From positions 76,095,094-76,159,093 of the forward strand of contig NC_068987.1 in the NCBI RefSeq assembly GCF_001194135.2: DNA of 64,000 bases, written 5' to 3'. This document shows, one piece after another, positions 37,566-50,152 of the stretch (positions within the stretch are counted from its first letter, which is position 1; each line of letters opens with the position of its first letter). The notes under the pieces are model-generated. The model worked only from the letters and a program-made list of their open reading frames with translations. It made no database searches and was not told the DNA's origin. The position numbers and the translations under genes were made by a program. The DNA comes from Octopus bimaculoides (taxonomy: Eukaryota).

Positions 37566-37763
37566 AATATATTTTATGGTTTCTACAACTGAATTCTCGT
37601 ATTACTTAATACTATCCTGTGCAGAGTTTTATTTAAATCATCTTTCTTTTATTCAATAACCGCAGTTATTCGTACGTACGTATGTACGTAGACAAATGCA
37701 GGTATATCAAATACCATGTAATATGAATTTTTGACTTATTGCAATTATCTCTAGACGAGGCGC

Positions 37764-38140
37764 AGACGTGGTAAGAAGCTAGCTTCCCAACCACATGGTT
37801 CGGGATTCAGTCCAACTGCGTAGCACTTAGGGCAAGTTTTTACCGACTGTATCTTCGGGCCGAGACTAAAGCCTCGTGAGTGGGTTTGATAGATGGAAAC
37901 TGAAAGGAGCCCATTGTGTGTGTGTTTGTGTGTGGGTGTGTGTTTGTCCTCCGCCACCACTCGACAACCAGTGTTGGTTTGTTTACGTCTCCGTAACTTA
38001 GCGGTTCGGCAAAAAGAGAAGGGTGGAATGAGTACCAGACATAAAATATAAGTACTGCGATCGATTTATTCGACTAAAAGTTCTACCTTATGCTCCAGCA
38101 TGACCGTAGTCTTATCACTGAAGTAATTGAAAAAGAAAAT
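37764..38140 (+). mobile_element. SINE family B with internal (TG)n
   Basis: Head, TG-rich middle and tail are all present. Confidence 0.8.
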
Positions 38141-38720
38141 AAAGGATGTATAATAATTACCAAATTTTCAATTGAGACCAGCTCCGCTTCACGAGGGCAG
38201 ACAATCTCGATATTCAAGAGGTCTTCAAGAAGACATGCTATGAAGGAAAGGGATGGCTATATTGTCTGAAGATATGACGAAGGTCGCGAACACGTGTTTC
38301 TGGCTTGATATCCGTCATCAGTACGGCAATTGTCTGATTTTATCTCAAGAAGCCAAGAGACTTAGTCTTATACAAAAAAGAAAGTTGAATACATTTATGG
38401 CCTAGTCATACACCTACACATACATATGTGTGTGGATGTGTGGATGTGTGCGTGTCTTTCTGCTTGCCACCACTACAGCTTGACAACTAGTGTTGGTTTG
38501 TGTAGGTCCCTGTAACTTAGCTGATTGATTTCAAAAGAGACTGATAACTGAAAGATTAAGTATCAAAATCCCCCATACCTGCGGAACATGATGGACTATG
38601 AGCTATAACGAACCTTGAACTTCGTACCTTGCAACACATTTTCCTGCATCAAATTTTCTCTGCCTATCCACATAAAAGTTTCCTGCTTATATATTCTCCT
38701 ACTTATGCACTTTATATGTT

Positions 38721-38782
38721 GTCTCCAATGCCGGAATACCATTGATCAATTACCTGGTATAGCCCAGAAACAGCTGTAAGAC
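38721..38782 (+). ncRNA. Decayed family H2 hammerhead-like motif
   Basis: GUCU-CCAAUGC-...-GAAAC-AGCU-GUA|AGAC; stem I is perfect and the core is decayed. Confidence 0.35.
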
Positions 38783-38991
38783 CCTATTATATCATTTTAT
38801 TTTTGCTTACTTCGCTTCATCATTAAACTAATTTGAATGAACTGATAAGCTTGTCTTACCTTGATTTTGTTTTCCTCTTCTTTAAATTATACCTGCTTAG
38901 TCGGAGGTAGGCTACGGATCACCGGTTCTCTTCCCACTGGACAATGGCTAGCACAACTCCATATATATGCTGCTCACGTGCAATATCATAG

Positions 38992-39370
38992 CTGAGTGGC
39001 TGTGTTGTAAGTAGCTTACTTACCAACTACATGGGTCCGGGTTCAGTCCCACTGCGTGGTACCTTGGGCAAGTGTCCTCTACAATAGCCTCGGGCCAACC
39101 AAAGCCTTGTGAGTGGATTTGGTAGACGGAAACTGAAAGAAGCCAGTCGTTATGTATGTATATATATGTGTGCATATGTTTGTGCGTCGATGTTTGTCCT
39201 CCCACCATCACTTGACAACCGATGTTGGTGTGTTTACGCCCCCGTAAATTAGCGGTTCGGCATAAAAGACCGATAGAATAGGTACTAGGCTTACAAAGAA
39301 TAAATTCAGCTAAAGGCAGTGCTCCAGCATGGCTGCAGTCAAATGACTGAAACAAATAAAAGAATAAAAG
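38992..39370 (+). mobile_element. SINE family B, near-complete reference copy
   Basis: A-box-like TGGCTGTGTTG, B-box-like GGTTCAGTCCC, ccttgggcaagtgtc, a short internal TA/TG tract, and tail ...aaatgactgaaacaaataaaagaataaaag. Confidence 0.88.
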
Positions 39371-40170
39371 AATATATATATAAAATTATGTATACATATC
39401 TGTATGTATGTAAGTATGCATGTATGTATGCATGCATGTCTGTCTGTCTGTCTGTCTGAATGTATGTATGTATGTATTATGTATGTGTGTATTATGTATG
39501 TATGCGTGCATGCATGTACAAATATATATGAGGGAAGATTATGCACGGACAAGAGATAAAACACATAGGAAAAGATACAAACACGGTAACCATATTCTTT
39601 CAGAGCATCAAAAGAGTTACTCATTGCCTCCAAACAAATAAGGAAATTTGCTCCATGTATTGAGTACTTAATCTCCCGTTCCTACCATTCAAAGACGCAT
39701 GCACGAATACATACAGAAACACATACAGAGAGAGAGAGGTCTAAAACAGATGGTCAGGCAGACTCGACTGAACTTTTCTAGAAACATTTCACGAGGCGCC
39801 AGAGAACTAAGTGAGCCAACAAAGTCGCTCAAGTTTCATCCAATTCAGCGAATCATCTATGAGACGCGAGCGTCGCAGAGCATGAGAAAAAAAAATCACT
39901 GGTCTGAATATATTCACATCCCTAACGTCATTTATGGCTATTTAGAGACCTAAAAAAATAGATAAATAAAAGTGGCAGTTTCACTACTCCCCCCCCCCAT
40001 TGCAATTCTATTTTATTTTCTGGTCTTGTGCCTAAATACGAAATTAATTATCTCCCACTGAGTTAAGAGAGCAATAGACACTTTAACATCCGGCCACTTT
40101 TTATTAAGATACACAGATAAACGCAAAGAAATAAAAACAAAATAGAAAATAGTAAGTTAGTTAAAGCGTA

Positions 40171-40713
40171 CATCCGGGCTCTAGTGGGTAATTTATTAAG
40201 TTGACAGTTTTCGCTTAACTCTTAGGAAACGGCTGGTTTCCTTTATTTGCTCGGTGACGTGGTAACGGCATGCATGTAAAATGGAAACTTCACTTCGGAA
40301 ACTTCTTTTTNNNNNNNNNNNNNNNNNNNNNNNNNNNNNNNNNNNNNNNNNNNNNNNNNNNNNNNNNNNNNNNNNNNNNNNNNNNNNNNNNNNNNNNNNN
40401 NNNNNNNNNNNNNNNNNNNNNNNNNNNNNNNNNNNNNNNNNNNNNNNNNNNNNNNNNNNNNNNNNNNNNNNNNNNNNNNNNNNNNNNNNNNNNNNNNNNN
40501 NNNNNNNNNNNNNNNNNNNNNNNNNNNNNNNNNNNNNNNNNNNNNNNNNNNNNNNNNNNNNNNNNNNNNNNNNNNNNNNNNNNNNNNNNNNNNNNNNNNN
40601 NNNNNNNNNNNNNNNNNNNNNNNNNNNNNNNNNNNNNNNNNNNNNNNNNNNNNNNNNNNNNNNNNNNNNNNNNNNNNNNNNNNNNNNNNNNNNNNNNNNN
40701 NNNNNNNNNNNNN

Positions 40714-40745
<32 letters not shown>

Positions 40746-41371
40746 GCGTGTGTATTTTAGGCGTTGAGTAGAAATATCTGGGAATGCAGTAAAACAATTT
40801 GGAGAACGGAAGAATCTGAAGTCAAGCACCCTTGACACGTGGGTATCCTTCTAGTGGAAAGGTCTCGGAGAAAACCGTCTCCTATAAAATTTTGCTTTCG
40901 TTTTCTTTTCTAATAAGACATTTCCCAGACTTTGATCTTTGACACAATTCAAGCCATCATTCGATTTTTGGCAAGGACCTGCTATTATATTATGTCTTAA
41001 ATTGGTGTTTACCATATCCAATATAAATTTGAAACTATTAATAATTAAGTTATTATATTTTATGTATGTCTTATAATTGCGGGTAACAGTGTATATATAT
41101 TAGTACGACCGACATAGGAGAAACAACCCAAAGAATAGAAATGTACACTGGTGTGATTATAGAGAAAAGAAACTAATCTCATTGTTCCGACTAGTAATGT
41201 TGCTAACATGTGGTCAGTAACAATATGGGAGTAGAAAACCTTTTCAAGCTTTCGTAGGATCCGACACTCCATCAAGTTGCTGAATCCATTTACATACAAG
41301 AAGACAGGTCCGTTTCTTAAGAGTTAAACGAAAACTGTCAACGTAATCAACTACTCACTAGAACCCGGATG
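40171..41371. mobile_element. About 1.2-kb segment bounded by 62-bp imperfect inverted repeats; possible Tc1/mariner-type non-autonomous element
   Basis: catccgggctctagtg...ggaaacgg (40171-40232) versus ccgtttcttaag...cccggatg (41310-41371); flanks are TA and TG. Confidence 0.55.
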
Positions 41372-41810
41372 TGTGTATGTATGGGAACTTAACCGTCAGC
41401 ACTGTGAGTAAGTGTTGAAAACGCTCAACGAAACAGAAATGCGCATCTAGCATTCCCACCAGCTGTTCCTTGGACAATTTTCGCATGCTTCCAATATTCT
41501 GTTTTTAAACACAATACGCTCATAAAAGTGATTATGTTCGAACGGATAGGTGTGTAAATTCAGTTTTCGTGATGCATTTATATTATATAGGATAAACAGA
41601 TGGCTGTTTTATGTATGTATGTATGTATGTATGTATGTATGTATGTATGTATGTATGCATGCATGCATGCATGTACGTATGTATGTATGTATGTATGCAT
41701 ACATGTATGTATGTGTTTATGTACGTATGTATTTATGTATGTATATGTATAGTGTTTTTCTTTCATAAGCAGTATGAAACATGAATACATACACACATAC
41801 ATACATAATT

Positions 41811-41926
<116 letters not shown>

Positions 41927-42450
41927 TGGGTTCTTATATATATGAAAATGTTCATTTATTAGCTACACAATTTCTATGGCTCTTCAATAACCATTTTCTA
42001 GATTAACATGTGTTATAATGCAATGACAAATAAGTCATATAAAGATGACAGGTAAAAACATGTTGGTGACAAATATGACATACAGCAGTAACAGGTACAT
42101 TAAAAAAAAACCTTCATAATAAATGATTTAGATCCTCACCAGAATTTAATACAGGAAACAAACATAAAACTAATCAAAATATATGAAATGAATTATTAAA
42201 ACATGCACAATGACAATGGAGTTGTGAAAGATTTTGATATGAATTGGCCCGTCAGTCAGCCTATTAGAAAAACATGGTTAGAAGGCACATGACATACTCG
42301 TCGTTATCTACTCCAATCGTATTTTGCATCTTTTTTTTCTTTCTTTTTTTTTTTCAGTCATTGGCCTGTAGCCATGCTAGGGCACCGGTTTGAATGTTTT
42401 AGTTGAACAATTCGATCCCAGTAGACATTATTATTATTATTATTATTATT

Positions 42451-42532
<82 letters not shown>

Positions 42533-42533
<1 letters not shown>

Positions 42534-42725
42534 GGTGGCGGAGCTTGGCAGAATTGGAAGCACACCGAGCAAAATGCTGACATTCCGTCCGTCTGTACGT
42601 TCTGAGATCAAATTCCGCCGGGGTCGACTTTGCCGTTAATCCTTTGGGGTCGATAAAATAAGTACAAGTTAAAGCACAGGGATCGATGTAATTGACTATC
42701 CTCTCCACAAATTTCAGCCCTTGTG
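42533..42725 (+). mobile_element. SINE family D monomer between (ATT)n tracts
   Basis: aaggtggcggagcttggcagaa...ggggtcgataaaataagtac. Confidence 0.75.
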
Positions 42726-42754
42726 ATTATTATTATTACTATTGAGTGAGAGAG

Positions 42755-42804
<50 letters not shown>

Positions 42805-42811
42805 CATCATT

Positions 42812-42842
<31 letters not shown>

Positions 42843-43019
42843 AGGATTGACATAACTCTTCACAAAGGTAAACAGTCAAGACAAAGAGCGCGATTCGATT
42901 GTAATAGATATTTTATTGGTTGAACGATATTTCGACAGTAAGTCTGTTTTGTCCAGTTCAAAATAAAAAGTGATAAAAATTCAAAATTATAGAAATTTAA
43001 ATGTAAAGTATGAACAAGA

Positions 43020-44700
43020 GTAACCAACGTCCATACGTTGATGGAATGACATCATCAGTCTTTTAAGTTTCAATTTTATAAAAGGTGAAACGAAAAAGAC
43101 AGACAAAAGAAAACAGGAAAAAAGACTGAAAAAAGAGGAAAGAAAAAAGAGAAAAAGAAGAATATTTCATCAAGCAGTTTTGTATAAATTTGATGATATT
43201 CTCCTGTCATTTTATTCATTCCTCCAGGGCGTGATGTTACTAACCCGCAAACATATTTCTCCTCATGCTTTCTGAGAATATGCACTTTCAAGTCTTTTTC
43301 AAAATTGCAGTCGCTTGAAACGAAATATTCGGCAAGTTCTGTCGAACTACTGTTATTGTGCCTGACATCGAATCTGTGCCCATTAAACCTTTTGTTTAAT
43401 TGTTCTATTGTACAACCAACATAAATCAAGTTGTGTTTCGTGCATTCTGCCGTGTACACTAAATGGGAATTTCTACATGTCCCACCTTCTGTATAAATCA
43501 TAACATTTCTGCTATGATTCCTGATGGAATTCACTTGACTCATGTGGTTGCACAATGAACAGGGCTTACCTCTCTTGCGACTGTTTTTCAAGGCACAGCG
43601 TGCAGACACTCCAATGTTCGTTTTCTTAGAGTCAGAAATAGAAGTCAATAATTGTCTTATATTCTTAAGGCCACACTAAGCGGCTGAGGAAATATCTGTT
43701 TGAAAAGAGGATATTTTTCGCCATATGCTGGTAACTTTCATGCAACACTTTAGAAATGCCAGCGAAATTTCGGTGCCAGTTAATCACTAAAGGAATTCTG
43801 CCATCTATTGTATTGTGTTTGTTAAAATTATGTGTGAAGGTTTGACTGTCTTTGCTAATCTTATCTATTTCATTTGCAGTTTTCTTTAATCGTGATTCAC
43901 TGTAACTGCGTTTGACATAATGATGAACAAAAGCATTTGCATGTTTCCAGTAATCCCCTATGTCAGTACAAATCCATTTTATCCTCAGAAATTGGGATTT
44001 CGGATTTGACCGAATAATATGATGTAGATAATCGGAGCGGCGGTGTAGATAAATGTGGGATGACGTGGGCTGGCAAAATAACTCTCACTATTCTGCCTCC
44101 GGAAAACTTGACTTTTGTGTCCAAAAATTCAACGCTAGTTTTTGAAAAACTAGACGTAAATTTTATGTTGGAGATAAAGCCATAGTTTTTAGCATATCAG
44201 TCACAGAAATGCAAGAGTCCATTAAACTAACCTGTGATCCTTCCCAGACAAAAAATACGTCATCAATGAACTGTAACCAGAGCACTAGTTCATGACCATG
44301 AAGAGATTTGAATGTCTTTAGTAACTGTATCCCGAATTTCATCATGAAGACATTAACGAAATTAACTGCTATGAGGCGCAACCCTTCGTCTGGTGGTAAA
44401 ATCTTTGTCTAAACTTCATTGTGTTACTTTCTAACACAAACCTCAATAATCTACAGAGAAAATTTGATGGAATACTTTTGTTTGACCGCTTTTCGAAGGC
44501 ATCCATGCATGCTTCTTCTTCTTCATTGTGGTCAATATTGGGATATAAGGAAGAAATATCCACGGTTACCAAAAAACAGTTCTCGACACAGTCTCGGTGC
44601 TTTAAAAAGTTGTTGATTTTAGACACAAAATCAAAAGTATCCCGAATATAGGAACTTGATCTTATTTTAAATTTTCGTTGCGTCTTGCAACCTTTTCAAT
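43020..44700 (-). mobile_element. Penelope-like retroelement, 5'-truncated, with RT, Cys linker and GIY-YIG; frameshifted
   Basis: SYIRDTFDFVSKI, LVTVDISSLYPNI, FYHQTKGCA, LQFIDDVFFVW, FLRI..IC, IPLVINWH, GKPCSLC, LVYTAECTKHNLIYVGCTIEQLNKRFNGHR (ORF 43076-43648). Confidence 0.92.
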
Positions 44701-44801
44701 AGTTGTTGGCACTAAAAGAGAATGACTCTCTCCAGACACAACAGAATATGCTTCAACACACGAACTCACATAAAGAATCTTTCAAAACAAATCCAAAAAC
44801 G

Positions 44802-44859
<58 letters not shown>

Positions 44860-45612
44860 GCGTGTGTGTGAGTGCGTGTGCGAGTAAATATATATTTATA
44901 ATCGTACTTATACATAAATAAACTTTGACGAATAAATGCATATATACAAAAATTGTATAGATACATAGATACTTACATACTTATTTACACACGTACATAA
45001 TCTCACTACCGCCTAATTCGCTACTACTGTCATTGTTTCGTTCATCTGTTTTACTGTCATCCTGATTGTCTCTGTTTATCATCGCCGTTGCTAAAATGAC
45101 AAACACATGTATGTACATCTAGATTCTATTGTTTTGTCATTTCTTCACGCTATTATTGTTAATATTCGTATAAGTGATGTTGCTGTCTGTGTTAAATAAT
45201 TGCTTTTCTATGAGTAATTATTCTCATTAATTGAATAAATCGCATTTTTCTTTTTCGGAAGGAAGATTATTACTACAACAATTATGGCAAAAGAAAAAAA
45301 CAATATATATATAAAAATGTCTCCCCTCCAATTAACAACCGAAGAAATGCTTGTTGAAGTGTATTGCCAATTCAACGATAGAGATATAACAAGAAACAAA
45401 ATCATTTCTTTTAAATCCTTTAATCCGCCGCTAACCCTTTAGTTTTTAACGAAGTCCACTCAGATGAAAGCATTCAGACTCTATCTTCGGTTTATGGATA
45501 ATTAGCTTCCACCAAGAGTCCTTGCAAAGGATCATACATATTGTCCTTTGTCCTCTGACTAAACCAGCGCTTCGCAAACAAGAAACATACCACCGCCACC
45601 CAATCTCGTTAA

Positions 45613-45815
45613 GGCGGCGATCTGGCAAAATCGTTACTGCGCCGGGCAAAATGCTTAGCAGCATTTCTTTTGGCTTTACGCTTTGAGTTTAAGTGTCGCC
45701 GAAGTCGACTTTGCCTGTCATCTTTTCGCGGTCGGTAAAATAAGTACCAGTTGAGCGCTGGGGCCGATGTAATTGACTACTACTATTCCCCAAATTTCAA
45801 GCCTAGTACCTATAT
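45613..45815 (+). mobile_element. SINE family D monomer
   Basis: aaggcggcgatctggcaaaatcgttac...gtcgactttgcctgtcatc. Confidence 0.75.
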
Positions 45816-48208
45816 TAAAAAGAATTATTAAAATTCCCCATTTATTAATGCTAACATAAAATACAGCTTGTTTCCTTACAATTGTACTTTCCTCACCATG
45901 GTATTGGACAAATTTAAATATCTAAAACTAACTTCATATTTCGTTTATGTGCTTAGTTTGCAAGATTCTTGATGTGAACTCGTATGTTGAAACAGATTTT
46001 GTTGTATCGTGCAAGAGTCATTACGCCAATAGCAGGCACACGTATTGGCTCAATTTCATTCCTTGATTATTCGTCAGTTAGTTATTTAACCAATTTATCA
46101 ATTGTTTAATTTATCATTAAATAGTTAATCAATCAATCAGTTATGTTTATCAATGACCTTTCGTCGCCATTCACAATGTTTTCAATGATTGATTGATTAA
46201 CCAAATGCTCGCTCAAAAAAACCGATTTATTCGTTGATTAAAATGTTTAATTGACGAATAATAAAGAAGTGAAATCGAACCAGTGTGTATGTTTACTATT
46301 GCCATAATGATCCTCTCGAGGTATTCTAGCATTATAACAGTATTATAATTTTATTATGTGTCTGTCCCTTTTCAATTCTTACAGTACTCAAATTTTCTTG
46401 TCGGCAAACTTTAAAATTTACTTCTGGTACGTGTTGCAGACGGGCTTTTTTCTTCACTGGATGTTGTCTTAAGCTTCCCTTTCGGTACATACAATAGAAC
46501 ACAACTCTGGGATTGTTTTGTGAACGTACATGTCATGAAGACTTGTATGTCCCTGGTAGCCCCCCACCCTACTGTATATCATCGAATGTTACATCGCTAC
46601 TGACCACCAGCCTGTACCGCGCTACGAAAACAACCACTAACCAGAGGTTGACTACTTAACTGATGTGCTTGATGAAGACTTTCGTGTTTCTCCGGCGTAA
46701 ATATAGTGAGATCAACTGTTGAGGTGTGCCTCGTTTTCTCGGGCTTGTACTTTCGCCACAGATTCAGTTTTAAATGAAAAACGTATGTAGTGCAACACGC
46801 TTTCCCTCTTATAATGTAAGGGATTTCCCTAGCAGTTAATCACCCAGTTGCACCACAAAATCGGAACCATCAATCAATACATTGCTCCTATTTTCGACTT
46901 CTTTTAGCTCATTTGTTAGCTCTGTCAGTTTTCGTTTATTTTGCGAAGAAGCATGAACTTCTTGTCGCGGTGAGAGGAGAAAGGTTCCTCCTCATACATT
47001 TTGCTTCTCTTATTTTGAACTGTATCTTGAGTCATTTTTTCTTTCTTCTTTCTTTCTGTTGAAAGGAATAGAGAAGGGAAATTATGCAATTTCAGATGCA
47101 GTGAAAAGTATGGATCTGCCTCTCTAAGTGCCGAGCTGCTAGCCAACCGTCTTTTTCTGGTGGACTCTTATTCCCTTAGATCGGTGTTGATCAACTCAGA
47201 TGTCTTAGTGTCTAACACTATGACATTAAAGTCATCTGCATTTGTTGAGACAGGTCTTCAGCATCTTAGTCCATGCGAGATGATCTTCAATGTTTTGGGG
47301 GTTGGTTCTAGTGTGAGCATGTACAGACGGTACGAAAGGGGACAACCCTAACGGACCGAACGCATGAAAATGATGATGATGAATAATAATGATGATGATG
47401 GGTAATGGTGGTGAGAATGATGATGGAGGTAATGGTGGTGAGAATGATGATGAAGACGACGACGACGACGACAATGACGATGATGGGGATGTTTAATAAA
47501 TAAATAAACAAACATTTAAAGGAAAAGAAAACAAAGTAAAACTAAAAACGTAAAAGATTGTAAAGTAAGGGAATTAAAAAAAAAAAGAAAATTGGCAAAA
47601 TAATAAACAAATAATAAATAACGAAGCAATAAAAAAAAACGAAGGAAAGATTAAAAACAGCAAAGCAGAACACTAACAATGAATAATCTGTGAGTACCGG
47701 AAGGGATTTAGACATGAACGGAAGGGGAAGTGAAGACTGAGCAGGTTGGTTGTAAGGTTGCTGAATGACGGTGGAGGAGAGAGAGAGAGACCGATGTGTG
47801 TGTGTTTGTGTGTGTGTGTGTGTGGTTTGCGACTAAGAGAGGTAAAGGGTGAAAATGGCAAGAAAGAGAGAGAGAAAGAGAGAGAGAAAGGGAGAGAGAG
47901 AGAGAGAGAGAGGGAGAGAGAAAGAGAGAGAAATAAGAAGGATAAAAGTGAGAGAGATGGAAGAGGTTTAATGGAAATGTGCGTGCGTGCGTGCATATGT
48001 ATGGAAAGTGGTAGAAAGACTAAAAAAGAACGAACGGAAATTTATACATACAAACATGCATGCATGGATGCATGCATCCATCCATACATACATACATACA
48101 TACATACTCATGAATAAGGAAAAGAATAACTATTTGAGGAAATGAATGTATAAACGTATGCTCGTGCCTGAGTGTGTATGTGTGTGTGTGTATGTATGTA
48201 TGTATGAA

Positions 48209-48555
48209 GTGAAGGCACATAGCTCAGTGGTTAGAGCGTCGGGCTTACAGTCATGTGGTTGTGAGTTCGATTCCTGAACCGGGCTGAGTGTTGTGTTCTT
48301 GAGCAAGACACTTTATTTCATTTTTGCTCCAGTTCACAAAGCTGGCAAAAATGAGTTGCTACGTCACTGATGCAGAGCGGTATCGGCCCCTTTGCCTTTC
48401 CCTTGGATAACATCGGTGGCGTTGATAGGGGAGGCTGGTATGCATGGGTGACTGCTGGTCTCCCATAAAAAAAAGACCTTGCCCGGACTTGTGCCTCGGA
48501 AGAGAACATTCTAGGTGCAATCCCATGGTCATCCGTGACCGAAGCAGGTCTTTAT
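48209..48555 (+). mobile_element. tRNA-headed SINE: family C head and core with a different tail
   Basis: TAGCTCAGTGG A box, GAGTTCGATTCC B box and cttgagcaagacactttatttc core; the tail is unrelated to that of 29806-30124. Confidence 0.82.
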
Positions 48556-49124
48556 TCCTTCCCCTGTAGGTATGTATGTATTTTATTAACAATCGGTAGA
48601 AGTTACAGAGTGACTCAAGGGCCGAGAGTTTCGTGGGTCGATATGTGCCAACACATACAGACACGCATCCACCCACGCACGCACACATGCGCGCGCACAG
48701 AGACACACACGCACGCACACGTATGCACACACATACACACACACATGGTGGGTTGGGGCAGATCAAACATAGATACGAAAACATACGCACACTCACACAC
48801 ACGTGCGCGCGCGTGTCTGTGCATACGACAAGCTTCTGCACAGTTTCCGTCTTCTGTATTACCATGCAAGGGCATGCGTCAGTCGTAGGTAGGAAACGAG
48901 CTTTTTAACCAACCAGCCATATTTGCCCCTGCATACACACACACATACACACACACACACACGCACGCACACACACATACAGACAGACACGCACATACAC
49001 ACGCACACATACACGCACCTACGCACACGTACATACACCACACACACATACACACTCTACATTCTTCCCTTACTTTCATTTCTCTTTCTGTGAGTTTGTG
49101 CGTTTGTGTGTGCATGTATGTATG

Positions 49125-49225
<101 letters not shown>

Positions 49226-49259
49226 GACAGACAGAAAGATAACAGACAGACAGACAGAC

Positions 49260-49300
<41 letters not shown>

Positions 49301-49328
49301 CGCACACACATTCATAGAAAGCATGACA

Positions 49329-49360
<32 letters not shown>

Positions 49361-49904
49361 AGGAAGGAAGGAAGGAAGGAAGGAAGGAAGGAAGGAAGGA
49401 AGGAAAGAGAAGGAGAGTGAGAAAGGGAGAAGAGGGAACTGGATGAAATGGAAAAGGATTAGGGTGACTGCCAAAAAAATGGTGGAAGTGGGGGAAGGAA
49501 AAGGCAGAAACAAAATGGGTAAGCAGGGAGGATATTGAAGTAGCACCACTTTATGGTTCGTGATTTCAAATCTGCTGTAGAAATCTAGATATGTCTCTTG
49601 GGGGAACACTTTAATTCTAACAGGCCTAAATGTATTAGGAATGGATACCAGATTTTTCTGTGAAAGGGTCATTAAGAATAGTAATCCACTTTTATTTATT
49701 TTATTATTTTTCTTTGCTGCAAATAGTGAACTATAGCGTCGTTAGTTACAGATTTTTCACGGGACTACTAATGGTTCATTGTGTCAATAACTATGAGATT
49801 GATAAGTGTTTGCGTGACTCGTGACGGAACAAATACCAAAACAGCTTTCGTTCGAAAATTCCTGTTGGCAGTTTTTTCTCGCTGATTGTTCGGCGCATCA
49901 TCTT

Positions 49905-50086
49905 CATGCTGGAGCACAACCTAGAAGGGAATTTAGTCTAACAAATTAACTCCAAGACTTTTCTTTTTTAAGCGTGATACATATTGAACGGGTTTCTTTT
50001 GCTGAACTGCTAGTTACGCGGACGTCAGCACAGCAACATCTGTTGTCAAGCGGTGGAGAGAGGACGACAAACATAGACACGAAGGT

Positions 50087-50152
<66 letters not shown>
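49905..50152 (-). mobile_element. SINE family B 3' half, then (CA)n and a gap
   Basis: catgctggagcac...gttgtcaagcggtgg followed by (CA)n. Confidence 0.7.

Noticed and set aside
40198-40245. Hammerhead within the 62-bp inverted repeat arm
   Set aside because: ttgacag...gaaac is present, but stems I and II do not pair in either arm.
43022-43060. Hammerhead or SECIS downstream of the 43-kb PLE
   Set aside because: CUGAUGA and a 4-bp stem are present on the minus strand but GAAA is absent. SECIS helix II does not pair, and the endonuclease ORF has no in-frame TGA.
47066-47351. Candidate terminal exon (pyrimidine tract plus AG, 95 open codons)
   Set aside because: No recognisable protein similarity and no partner exons; an open frame of this length can arise by chance in 64 kb.
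48209-48290. tRNA gene
   Set aside because: A and B boxes are good, but there is no acceptor-stem closure and the sequence continues into a SINE core. The same applies to the other SINE heads.
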